Of a DNA stretch of 54,375 nt, positions 1 to 8,463 are shown piece by piece. Position numbers and translations under genes: made by a program. How positions within the stretch are numbered: position 1 is the first letter of the stretch; the number at the start of each line of letters is the position of its first letter. This stretch comes from Candidatus Peregrinibacteria bacterium (lineage in GTDB: Bacteria; Patescibacteriota; Gracilibacteria; UBA1369; LOWO2-01-FULL-3). The notes beneath the pieces are model-generated. The model worked only from the letters and a program-made list of their open reading frames with translations. It did no database searches and was not told where the DNA came from. The stretch is taken from contig WJKE01000102.1 in the NCBI GenBank assembly GCA_014729275.1, positions 1 to 54,375 of the forward strand. The letters run 5' to 3'.

Positions 1-732
1 GTCAAATCCCAGGCCAATATCAGCTTTTTCATCAAGAACTTTGGCAATTAGGTCTTTCATGTTTTCAAGTTCTTCGGGATTTGCTTCGTGATTTGGAAAG
101 TTGCCGTCCGGTTTACAATAAAGTTCAACTACTTCGCAGCCCAGGGATTTAAAGAATTCCGGTGCAAAGGGTCCTGCCGTGCCGTTTCCTGCATCAATAA
201 CAATTTTAAGTGGTTTACTTATTTTTGTTTTTTCTTGCAGGTCTTTTAAGTATTCAGGCCAAATGTTTGCTTCTTTTATTGGGGTGGGGGAAGAGGCTTT
301 ATTAAAATCTCGCCCCATTATTAAATTGTAGATAAGTTGGAGCTCTTCGCCGCATATTGAGTGGGCAACTTTGGAGACAATTTTTAATCCATTGTATTCT
401 TTGGGGTTGTGGCTGGCTGTTATGTTAGTGCCGGCATCAAAGCCTTTTGCGTATATAGACCAATAGACCATAGGCGAAATGGATAGGCCGATGTCCGTAA
501 CTTCCATGCCGGATTCGCTTAAACCTTTCATGTATGCTTTTTGGAGTGCAGGGCTGGTTAAGCGACAGTCGCGGCCGACCGCTATGGTGCGGGCCGAGTA
601 TTTTTCCCGGAGGTAGGTGCCTGCGCCCAGACCTATTAGATATGCGGTATCTTCAGTAAGGTCGGCCGCTTCTCCTTCTTTGGGTATTGCGATACCTCTT
701 ATGTCGTATGCTCTGAAAATGTTTTTATTCAT
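1..732 (-). CDS. phosphoglucomutase/phosphomannomutase family protein (N-terminal 244 codons; 3' end runs off the window)
   Basis: Absent from the ORF track because it is open to the window edge. Manual minus-strand translation from the ATG (complement of 730-732) gives MNKNIFRAYDIRGIA...GRDCRLTSP...GTNITASHNPKEYNGLKIV. The TASHNP phosphoserine loop is typical of alpha-D-phosphohexomutases. Confidence 0.8.
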   Translation of the reverse strand, partial: MNKNIFRAYDIRGIAIPKEGEAADLTEDTAYLIGLGAGTYLREKYSARTIAVGRDCRLTSPALQKAYMKGLSESGMEVTDIGLSISPMVYWSIYAKGFDAGTNITASHNPKEYNGLKIVSKVAHSICGEELQLIYNLIMGRDFNKASSPTPIKEANIWPEYLKDLQEKTKISKPLKIVIDAGNGTAGPFAPEFFKSLGCEVVELYCKPDGNFPNHEANPEELENMKDLIAKVLDEKADIGLGFD

Positions 733-742
733 ATGATTGTTT

Positions 743-1234
743 TTATAGATTTATTTTTTCTGCAATAGCTTTGGGTACTAAATGTTTCCACTTTTTGCCC
801 TCTTTAATTAATTGCCTGATTTTACTTGCGCTAATGTTTTCAATTCTTTCTAATTTTATAATATCATTTTTTTCCAAAATCTTTGGGCCGCCAAACTTAC
901 CTAAAAAGCAGTTCCGAACAATATCTGAACCTGTGAAAAGTTTTTGAAAAGGCGGGACAGACTCTTTTATCATGCTTGCCCATAGGGAATAATCGTTTAT
1001 GTCATCTATTTTTTTTATAATAATTTTTTCTGAAGAAATTTTAGATTCCTTTAGGCTTTTTAAAATTAATTCCTCTCTTTTAACTCCGGATAATGGATTT
1101 TTTTCTTCATCTTTTGCTTGTGCTGACCCAATAACAATAATTACTCTGTCGAATTCTTTTAGAATATTTTTAATTACATGCAGGTGTCCATTATGAAATG
1201 GTTGAAATCTTCCAATAAAAAGTGCGGACTTCAT
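743..1234 (-). CDS. nadM: nicotinamide-nucleotide adenylyltransferase (archaeal/NadM type)
   Basis: 163 aa. Has the GRFQPFHNGH (HxGH) motif and the C-terminal ISASKIR (ISxxxxR) motif of cytidylyltransferase-fold NMNATs. Overlaps nadE by 4 nt, suggesting an operon. Confidence 0.85.
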   Translation of the reverse strand: MKSALFIGRFQPFHNGHLHVIKNILKEFDRVIIVIGSAQAKDEEKNPLSGVKREELILKSLKESKISSEKIIIKKIDDINDYSLWASMIKESVPPFQKLFTGSDIVRNCFLGKFGGPKILEKNDIIKLERIENISASKIRQLIKEGKKWKHLVPKAIAEKINL

Positions 1235-1998
1235 AGATTTTTAGTTTTTGCAGAAATAACCGGGGTAGGATTAGTTTTATGGCTGTTAATGTTAACCAGT
1301 CTATATACTTTGTGAACTGAATTCGGATTTAGCCCTTTATTTATTAATTCTTCTTTGGCAGTTCCTTTTTCGATGTATTTGAGCACGTTGTCAATTTCTT
1401 TATAACTTAGGCCAAGTTCGTCTTCGTCGGTTTGACCGGGATATAATTCTGCGGATGGTGGTTTTTCTATAAGTTCGTTTGGAAGTCCCAAATGTTCAGC
1501 AAGTTTGAAAACATCTTCTTTATATAGGTCTCCAATAATATCAATATCTACAGCAAGGTCGCCGTGTTTAGTTCCGTATCCGATCATAAGCTCTGTTTTA
1601 TTCGAGGTCCCTACAACGAGGCAATTTCGCGTATTGGCAAAATTGTATAGAATAATCATTCGAATTCTGGCTTTGGTATTTATTTGCGCTAAATCATTTG
1701 GTTTCCAGGGTAAGGTAAGAAAATCTGTTAAGAATTTGTTTATTGAAATTGTAAAATAATCCACCTTTAGAAAATTGCATAGCATCTTTGCATGTTGCAT
1801 ATTTTCTTCGTTTGTGATTCCTTTTTCGGGCATTAATATTGCTGTAACATTGTCCGCGCCCAATGTGTCGACAAGTAATTTTAGACAGAGTGATGAATCA
1901 ATTCCACCGCTAACACCTATTACAGCCTTATCAACTCGAGCTTCTTTGAAATATTTATGAATTCCAGCAATAATTTTTGTGTATGTGTTGTGCATCAT
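1231..1998 (-). CDS. nadE: NH3-dependent NAD+ synthetase
   Basis: 255 aa. Has the SGGIDS PP-loop ATP pyrophosphatase motif and NadE-like length and sequence throughout. Confidence 0.9.
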   Translation of the reverse strand: MMHNTYTKIIAGIHKYFKEARVDKAVIGVSGGIDSSLCLKLLVDTLGADNVTAILMPEKGITNEENMQHAKMLCNFLKVDYFTISINKFLTDFLTLPWKPNDLAQINTKARIRMIILYNFANTRNCLVVGTSNKTELMIGYGTKHGDLAVDIDIIGDLYKEDVFKLAEHLGLPNELIEKPPSAELYPGQTDEDELGLSYKEIDNVLKYIEKGTAKEELINKGLNPNSVHKVYRLVNINSHKTNPTPVISAKTKNL

Positions 1999-2025
1999 CG
2001 TGAATTATAAAAGATTTTGAAGATA

Positions 2026-2481
2026 TTACCAGGAGTATTTTTTCAGTGCCTTTGCTATCTCTTTATCCTGGGCGCGCTTTTTTAGTTCTTTCCGTTTATC
2101 GTAAAGTTTTTTACCTTTACAAATCCCTATTTTTAATTTTATAAGTCCTCCTTTTCCGTATAGTTCAAGGGGTAAACCCGTAATTCCTTTGGTTGATATG
2201 GCGTTATCGATTTTTTCTATCTCTTTTTTATGTAGAATTAGTTTTCGCGGGCGAACAGGGTCGTAGTTTTTTCTAGCCGAATGTTTGTATCGCGAAATGT
2301 GTAATTCTTTTACAAAAGCCTGGGTTTTTTCAATTGATATATAAGATCCTTTTAAATTTGCATTGCCAAGCCTGATGGCTTTTACTTCATCACCGTTAAG
2401 CACCAGTCCTGCTTCAAAATCATCCAGTACTTCGTTGTCAAAATATGCCTTTTTGTTTTTTGCAAATAATTTAGTTTTCAC
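2026..2481 (-). CDS. smpB: SsrA-binding protein SmpB
   Basis: 151 aa. SmpB pattern: GLVLNGDEVKAIR, RPRKLILHKKEI, GKGGLIKLKIGICKGKKLYDKR. Confidence 0.9.
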   Translation of the reverse strand: MKTKLFAKNKKAYFDNEVLDDFEAGLVLNGDEVKAIRLGNANLKGSYISIEKTQAFVKELHISRYKHSARKNYDPVRPRKLILHKKEIEKIDNAISTKGITGLPLELYGKGGLIKLKIGICKGKKLYDKRKELKKRAQDKEIAKALKKYSW

Positions 2482-2887
2482 AGTTTTCCGTTATGCTTTC
2501 TTTTTGCCGATTTATCTTAACACAAATATCCGCTAATTTTCCAAAAAAGAAAATCCCTGTGTAATCAAAAAACATATCGCTCAGTGAAAAAGTTCTAAAT
2601 TGGAGAAATATTTGTGAAAATTCTTCTATAGTTACTATGCTAAATACGATCAAGCTTCCAAGTAAAAACTTTTGTGAGGAAATTTTTACTTTTTTAGCTC
2701 CAAGCCAGTAATTTACTAAGAATGCGGAAATTCCCATTAGGAATAAATGTCCAATTTTATCGTAAAAGGGTATACGAACGATTAGTGGAAAAAACTTGTT
2801 AATAAGCCCATGATTAGCAACAAGTATGCCAAAAATTGCGGTCGAAAAAAATGCCAGGGTTAAGAGTCCCAGTAATTTTTTGTTCAT
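2471..2887 (-). CDS. VanZ-like membrane protein
   Basis: 138 aa with 4 predicted TM segments. Has YDKIGHLFLMG and C-terminal DMFFDYTGIFFFG motifs resembling the VanZ family. Confidence 0.45.
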   Translation of the reverse strand: MNKKLLGLLTLAFFSTAIFGILVANHGLINKFFPLIVRIPFYDKIGHLFLMGISAFLVNYWLGAKKVKISSQKFLLGSLIVFSIVTIEEFSQIFLQFRTFSLSDMFFDYTGIFFFGKLADICVKINRQKESITENCEN

Positions 2888-3297
2888 TATTTTTTGAATT
2901 TATCAAATAATGCGGCTATGAAAAGTAGAAGTACAAATCCACCAATAACCCAACACCATTCGCAAATGCTTCCAATAACCGCAAACTCCAGGTAGCGTAA
3001 GTAAATAACGAAAATCATTCCCCAGAAAACAGCAATGAGTAGAATCAGCTCGATTAACTTGTGTTTTATAAAAAATCTTTCAAAAGCCAAAAATGCCAAT
3101 CCCATGAAGTAAAAAGTTCCGTAAACCGCCATTGGAACTCCAAATATTTTTGAGTATTCGCTTTTCAGTACATTATTGCACCCGTCCAGTGTGCATGGAA
3201 TTAATAGACCGGATATCTGAAACCACCAAAGGTAGGCTGATAAAAGCACACCCAGTATTGAAATGATGAAAATAAATGTGTTTAAGTGTTTTTGCAT
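2887..3297 (-). CDS. vitamin K epoxide reductase (VKOR) family membrane oxidoreductase
   Basis: 136 aa with 4 TM segments. Has a loop cysteine pair (CTLDGC...SKIFGVPMAVYG) plus a CEWC (CxxC) in the last TM, as in bacterial VKOR homologues. Confidence 0.7.
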   Translation of the reverse strand: MQKHLNTFIFIISILGVLLSAYLWWFQISGLLIPCTLDGCNNVLKSEYSKIFGVPMAVYGTFYFMGLAFLAFERFFIKHKLIELILLIAVFWGMIFVIYLRYLEFAVIGSICEWCWVIGGFVLLLFIAALFDKFKK

Positions 3298-3349
3298 CTT
3301 ATTAAATTAGGAAAATTTTAGTATTATATTAGCATATTAATTAAATGAG

Positions 3350-4465
3350 ATGAGAATTTTAAGAAAAATTGTAGCGATTTTATATAAATATGCTTTAAAG
3401 CCGGTTTTGTTTTTGTTTGATCCGGAAAAAGTTCATGAATTATTTTTATGGGTTGGCGAAAAACTGGGTTCTTATAAATGGGCAAAAACTTTTACCCGCA
3501 AGCTTTTTAGGTATGATAATAAAATTCTTCGAATTGAAATTGATGGGATTAAATTGAAAAATCCCATAGGTTTGTCTGCGGGGTTTGACAAGGATGCTAA
3601 TCTTCAGAATATTTTGTATGAAGTTGGATTTGGATATATGCAAATTGGATCTGTTACGGCAAAGCCTTATGGGGGGAATCAGGGCCCGAGGCTACATAGA
3701 CTTAAGAAATCCAGGGGGATTGTGGTAAATTATGGTTTAAAGAATCTTGGAGTTAATAAGATAATTGAAAAACTTGAAGGGTATAAAAATTTGCGGTTTC
3801 CTGTAAGTATATCTATTGCAAGGTCTAACCATCCTGATACTTCAAGCATAGAGTCTGCAATTGAGGATTATTTTTATAGTTTTGAAAAATTATATGAAAA
3901 TAATATTGGGGATTTTTATACATTGAATATTTCATGTCCAAATGTGAAGGATAGAGATCTTTTTTATAAGACCGGTTTTCTAGAAAAACTGCTTGAAAAA
4001 ATTTCAGAACTAGGTATACAAAAACCGATTTTTGTTAAGATGCCACCACTTGAATGGAATAAATTAAAGGGACTTTTAGAAGTTATTATTAAATATGAAT
4101 TGAAAGGAATTATTTTAAGTAATTTGGAAAAGGATAAAGAACGACTTAATTTGAGGGATAAAGTGCCTGGGCATGTTAGTGGGGGAATAAGTGGAAAGCC
4201 CATTGAGAAATTGACGAACGAACTAATTAAAAAAACTTATAAAGAATATGGAGAAAAACTGGTGATTATTGGCTGTGGGGGAGTTTTTAGTGCTGCAGAT
4301 GCTTATACAAAAATAAAGTCAGGAGCAAGCCTTGTTCAGCTAATTACCGGAATGATTTATGAGGGGCCTCAATTAATTGGTCAGATTAATCATGGATTGA
4401 AAAAGTTGCTTAAGAGGGATGGGTATAAACATGTTTCTGAGGCGGTGGGGGTGGATGTTAAATGA
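3350..4465 (+). CDS. pyrD: dihydroorotate dehydrogenase (quinone), class 2
   Basis: 371 aa. Has an N-terminal extension, NPIGLSAGFDKD, LNISCPN and the GCGGV...GASLVQLITG motifs of family 2 DHODH. Confidence 0.9.
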   Translation: MRILRKIVAILYKYALKPVLFLFDPEKVHELFLWVGEKLGSYKWAKTFTRKLFRYDNKILRIEIDGIKLKNPIGLSAGFDKDANLQNILYEVGFGYMQIGSVTAKPYGGNQGPRLHRLKKSRGIVVNYGLKNLGVNKIIEKLEGYKNLRFPVSISIARSNHPDTSSIESAIEDYFYSFEKLYENNIGDFYTLNISCPNVKDRDLFYKTGFLEKLLEKISELGIQKPIFVKMPPLEWNKLKGLLEVIIKYELKGIILSNLEKDKERLNLRDKVPGHVSGGISGKPIEKLTNELIKKTYKEYGEKLVIIGCGGVFSAADAYTKIKSGASLVQLITGMIYEGPQLIGQINHGLKKLLKRDGYKHVSEAVGVDVK

Positions 4466-4523
4466 GCGGTGATGGGTAGCGACGGTGCTTTGGATGGCAC
4501 AGTTTCTGAGGCGGTGGGGGATG

Positions 4524-5228
4524 TTAAATAAGCCCCTTTAGGTATTTTTGTCTATGTGATTCTTCGAATTTTTCAATGGCATATCTAAGCATTGTTCTTG
4601 GCATTTTTTTGTAATGCTTTTTTAAGAAATTTTCTTCGGTTTCTAGATCGCGATTTCCAATCTCTCTTAGCATCCAGCCAACTGCTTTGTGAATTAAGTC
4701 GTGATCATCTTTCAGTAAGATTTTTGATATTTTAAGTGTATCTTCGAATTTTGAATTTTTAATAAAATGAAAAGTCGAGAGAATGGCAATCCTTTTTTTC
4801 CAAAGATTGTTTGAGTTTGCATATTTATAGAGAATGTCTTTGGGCTTATGCTCTAAGTAGACTCCAAGAATTTGAGGTGCGGATAAATCTACTAAATCCC
4901 AATTATTTATATATTTTATTTGAGAAATATAAATTTTGACCAAATTGGTTCTTGTTTTTTCAGATTGAGCTTTTTGAAACTTATGATTAAGGATTATTAA
5001 TGCTGTTAGCCTATGCTCGTGATAGGGTGAGCTTAAAAGAGATTTAAGGTCTGATAGGTTTATGTTTTGAAATTTTTTTGCAACTTTTCTTTGAATTGGA
5101 ACTTTTATACCAAGAAATTTGTCACCTTCTCCGTATTGTCCTTTACCTGTTTTAAAAAACCGGGCAAGGTTTTTTGCTTGTTTTTCGTTTGCGAGAGAGT
5201 TTAATTCTTTTTTTGTTTGAGTTAGCAT
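4524..5228 (-). CDS. DNA alkylation repair protein (AlkD/AlkC-like HEAT-repeat glycosylase family)
   Basis: 234 aa. N-terminal pattern KQAKNLARFFKTGKGQYGEGDKFLGIKVP and C-terminal KAVGWMLREIG are typical of this family. Confidence 0.75.
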   Translation of the reverse strand: MLTQTKKELNSLANEKQAKNLARFFKTGKGQYGEGDKFLGIKVPIQRKVAKKFQNINLSDLKSLLSSPYHEHRLTALIILNHKFQKAQSEKTRTNLVKIYISQIKYINNWDLVDLSAPQILGVYLEHKPKDILYKYANSNNLWKKRIAILSTFHFIKNSKFEDTLKISKILLKDDHDLIHKAVGWMLREIGNRDLETEENFLKKHYKKMPRTMLRYAIEKFEESHRQKYLKGLI

Positions 5229-5402
5229 GTGGGAAGGGTTGCAGCTTAGTTATTTCTTGATGGACAGTTTTTTTGTCGATTAATATAAAAAACTATATGT
5301 CTACTGTATATCATTTAATAAGTTTAAAAATAGCAAAGAGAGAATTGTAATAAATTTGATTTATTGTTAAACTTTCTTTTGAAGATTTTTTACCTCAAAC
5401 CT

Positions 5403-6455
5403 ATGAAAAAGCTTATTATAAGGCTCTTTACAGCCTGCCTTGTCCTGTCATTTGTCATTCTGTTTTCATCCTGCCAGTTTGGCGACAAAGATAATCAAAC
5501 TAGGGAACAAACTCCAATTGATTCTGAGAATGAATCCATAATTATTGGGGTGCCATATTTTCCTACCTCATTTTTTTGGTTTTTGGCAGATGGACTTGGA
5601 TATCTTGAAGAAGAAGGACTTGATGCAGAAATAATAATTTATGACAACAACTCTGAAAACATTGAAGCAATAGAAAATAATGAAATAGATATTTTTGGAA
5701 CCGCCTATATGCAGTTGTTTAGTTTATGGGATTCTTCAGACCCATTGGTTGCCATTGCTGCTGCCGATTATTCATATGGAGGAGATGCCATAATTACTCG
5801 TAAGAATAAAAATCTTGATTCAATATCTGATCTAAAGGACGGAAAAATAGCTGTGGAATCCGGAACAATTTCTGAGTTTTTCCTGGATTTTGTTCTTACT
5901 TATCGAGGAGAAATAACTCCTGAAGATGTAGAAAAAGTAAATTATACGGTTGATGAAGCTACAGAAGCATTCTTGAATAATGAAATTGATGGAGTTGTTA
6001 CGTTTGAACCATTTATGCAGGATATTCTTTCACAGTCGGATGAGGCCCAAATTATTTTTGATTCAGCGAATGAACGAGGTCTTATTATGGATGTTTGTGC
6101 TGTCAGAAAAGAAAATCTTGACAAAAATCCTGAAAAATTTATCAAAGCTTTCCGCGCTTGGTTTAAAGCCATTGAATTTTATAAAAAATCACCTGATGAG
6201 GCTATTAAAATAATGGCTGATGCTATTGAAATGTCACCTGAAGAATTTGCAATGCACTTGAATGGCATCTACATAATGGATTTAAGGGATAATGTAACAG
6301 CTTTTTCTATTGCTTCCGGATTCGAATCTTTATATGGAAGCGGTCGCTTAATAAGAGACTTCATACAGGAAAAGGGGCTTTTGGTGGAAATTCCTGAAAT
6401 CGAAGTAATAATTAACGACACCGTTGTGCAGGCAGTTGCAGAAGATATTAAATAA
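5403..6455 (+). CDS. ABC-transporter-type periplasmic substrate-binding lipoprotein (NMT1/NitT-TauT-like)
   Basis: The track ORF begins at a TTG (5364). The ATG at 5403 gives MKKLIIRLFTACLVLSFVILFSSC, a lipoprotein signal. The body resembles aliphatic sulfonate/nitrate/NMT1-type SBPs. Confidence 0.65.
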   Translation: MKKLIIRLFTACLVLSFVILFSSCQFGDKDNQTREQTPIDSENESIIIGVPYFPTSFFWFLADGLGYLEEEGLDAEIIIYDNNSENIEAIENNEIDIFGTAYMQLFSLWDSSDPLVAIAAADYSYGGDAIITRKNKNLDSISDLKDGKIAVESGTISEFFLDFVLTYRGEITPEDVEKVNYTVDEATEAFLNNEIDGVVTFEPFMQDILSQSDEAQIIFDSANERGLIMDVCAVRKENLDKNPEKFIKAFRAWFKAIEFYKKSPDEAIKIMADAIEMSPEEFAMHLNGIYIMDLRDNVTAFSIASGFESLYGSGRLIRDFIQEKGLLVEIPEIEVIINDTVVQAVAEDIK

Positions 6456-6472
6456 TTATTAAAAAAATAAAA

Positions 6473-8461
6473 ATGGAATCTAAGGAATTGTTAGAAACGA
6501 TTGAAAGACCGGGGTATGTTGACTTTGACTCAGTCCATAGTAATGGTCATGAATTAATTCGGGCGCAAGCAGGTTTTCATGCTAATGGGTGTGAATGGCG
6601 CCAAAAACTTGTTGATGCAGGTAAGCCGCCATGCTTTATGTACTGCGCTTGGCCTGAACTTGCAAGCACAGTATCTCGTTTAAGAGAGTCCCCCATAAAT
6701 GATCAGGAGTTTATTTCTCAGACAGATTTTTTTATACAGGATATCCATCAAAAAAATCGGCAACTTGAAGCAGATGGAAGTACTCAAAGAGTTGAAAGAG
6801 CCGAATTCTATATAGGAGGTAGTCATTTGAATCCAAATGAACTCAATCCGGCTATATTAGAAACAATTTATAGGAATCTTGCAAAAATTCCTTCTGTAAG
6901 AGAGATTGGAATTGAAGCCAGAATGGGGGAGCTGAAAGACGAAAAGCTTGAAAAACTGGATCAATTGGCAGCTGAAACCGGAACGACCTGTATTATTGAA
7001 GTTGGTGTGGAAACTACCAATCCCATTCTTTTGAAAAAAAGCAAAAAAGGTTTGTCTAGAGGTACAATTCAAAGAGGTGTTGAAAAAATATTTAATAGAG
7101 AGAATCTACAGATGCAGGTATATTTTTTACAAAAGCCCGGTGTAATGAATGATGAAGCATCAATAAAACAATCTCTTGAAGATTTGCAGTTTTTGGCAGA
7201 TGTAATAAAATTGGTAAAGGCAAAAAAGGGGAAACAACAAAAAAAAATATTTGTTAACATGGCTCCTTTATCCGCAATGGAAGGAACAGGAGCTCATTTG
7301 AATGATGCTTATGAGGCCTGTTCACTTTGGAATATTATTGAGATAATAAAAAGGCTTCCTAAAGAGCAGCTTGATCATATTGATTTGTTTTTCGGACTTA
7401 ATACCGAAGTTGAAAGTGCTTCAGACGAAATAAAAGCTCTAAATATAGATGATGAAGTAACTTCGGTTTTAAAAAAAGTTACTTCTTGTGCTTCATGTGA
7501 GGAAGATGTTTTAAGAATAATTAAAAATTTTAATAAAACTCAGGATCCCTCGGTTCTTGGGGAACTGCCTGATTGTGATTGTGAAAATGAATGGGAAAAG
7601 CAAAAAGATAGGCCCTTTTTTATTGGTAGAGTTAAAGCTCCGGTTGGTGATGATCCTTTTGAAAAAGCTCTTTTTGAAGAAATGGCAGAAGGAATAATGG
7701 AAGTGGAAGGAGCGGCTTTTGATCCCAGAGCAAGAGCCTCATGGGAAATGATGATTAAAAGAATGACATCTCCAAAATCTTGGTCTTTAGTTGCATATGA
7801 CTCTAAGGGCGAATTGACTGCATATCTTATGTCTGAAAGAATAAAAACTGAAGATTTAGAAAAAATACCAATAGAGGAAAGAGGATGGGACAGGTTGATT
7901 CAGGTTCCGCCTTCTCCGGATGGAGATGCCTTAAAAATAGTTTCACTCGGAGCAAAAGCAAATTCTCCAGATGGGGCTGCCAGAGCTCTTGCTAAGAAAA
8001 CAGTGCCTGATTTTGTTGATTTTCATCCTGAAATTACAAACGGTGGATTGGGGGTTCCAAGAATGCCGGGAATGTCGATTGTTAAGGATGAAATCGAGAA
8101 TCAAATTAGGAGAGAAATAACAGAAGATGAATTATTAAATATTGCCCGACAATATAAGGATTCACATTATAAAAGATTTGCCGACGAAATGGAGACACAA
8201 CAGGTTGACAATTCAACAATTGAAACGACTTTTAATATTAATGATCGACAAATAACTCTCAAGCATCCTGTTGACAGTAATCTTGGGCTATGGGGGCGGC
8301 TTTTGTATCCAATTAGAGGAGTAGTAGTTCATTCAATGGAATCTGATCCTGAATCATGCTATCTGGGTGTTTATTATCATTATCCGGGGAGAAATCCTGA
8401 AAAAATAAGAACCAATATTTCATCTGCAGCAGAAAAAACGCTTGCAGTTAATAAATCCTAA
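6473..8461 (+). CDS. radical-SAM-like (Elp3/HemN-type barrel) protein with a large uncharacterised C-terminal half
   Basis: 662 aa. Cys triad C40-x13-C54-x3-C58 (GCEWRQKLVDAGKPPCFMYC). Has FYIGGSHLNP (GGE-like), IGIEARMGEL and IIEVGVETTNPILLKKSKKGLS, resembling radical SAM core strands. The C-terminal ~280 aa is unassigned and may be GNAT-like. Confidence 0.4.
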   Translation: MESKELLETIERPGYVDFDSVHSNGHELIRAQAGFHANGCEWRQKLVDAGKPPCFMYCAWPELASTVSRLRESPINDQEFISQTDFFIQDIHQKNRQLEADGSTQRVERAEFYIGGSHLNPNELNPAILETIYRNLAKIPSVREIGIEARMGELKDEKLEKLDQLAAETGTTCIIEVGVETTNPILLKKSKKGLSRGTIQRGVEKIFNRENLQMQVYFLQKPGVMNDEASIKQSLEDLQFLADVIKLVKAKKGKQQKKIFVNMAPLSAMEGTGAHLNDAYEACSLWNIIEIIKRLPKEQLDHIDLFFGLNTEVESASDEIKALNIDDEVTSVLKKVTSCASCEEDVLRIIKNFNKTQDPSVLGELPDCDCENEWEKQKDRPFFIGRVKAPVGDDPFEKALFEEMAEGIMEVEGAAFDPRARASWEMMIKRMTSPKSWSLVAYDSKGELTAYLMSERIKTEDLEKIPIEERGWDRLIQVPPSPDGDALKIVSLGAKANSPDGAARALAKKTVPDFVDFHPEITNGGLGVPRMPGMSIVKDEIENQIRREITEDELLNIARQYKDSHYKRFADEMETQQVDNSTIETTFNINDRQITLKHPVDSNLGLWGRLLYPIRGVVVHSMESDPESCYLGVYYHYPGRNPEKIRTNISSAAEKTLAVNKS

Positions 8462-8463
8462 AA

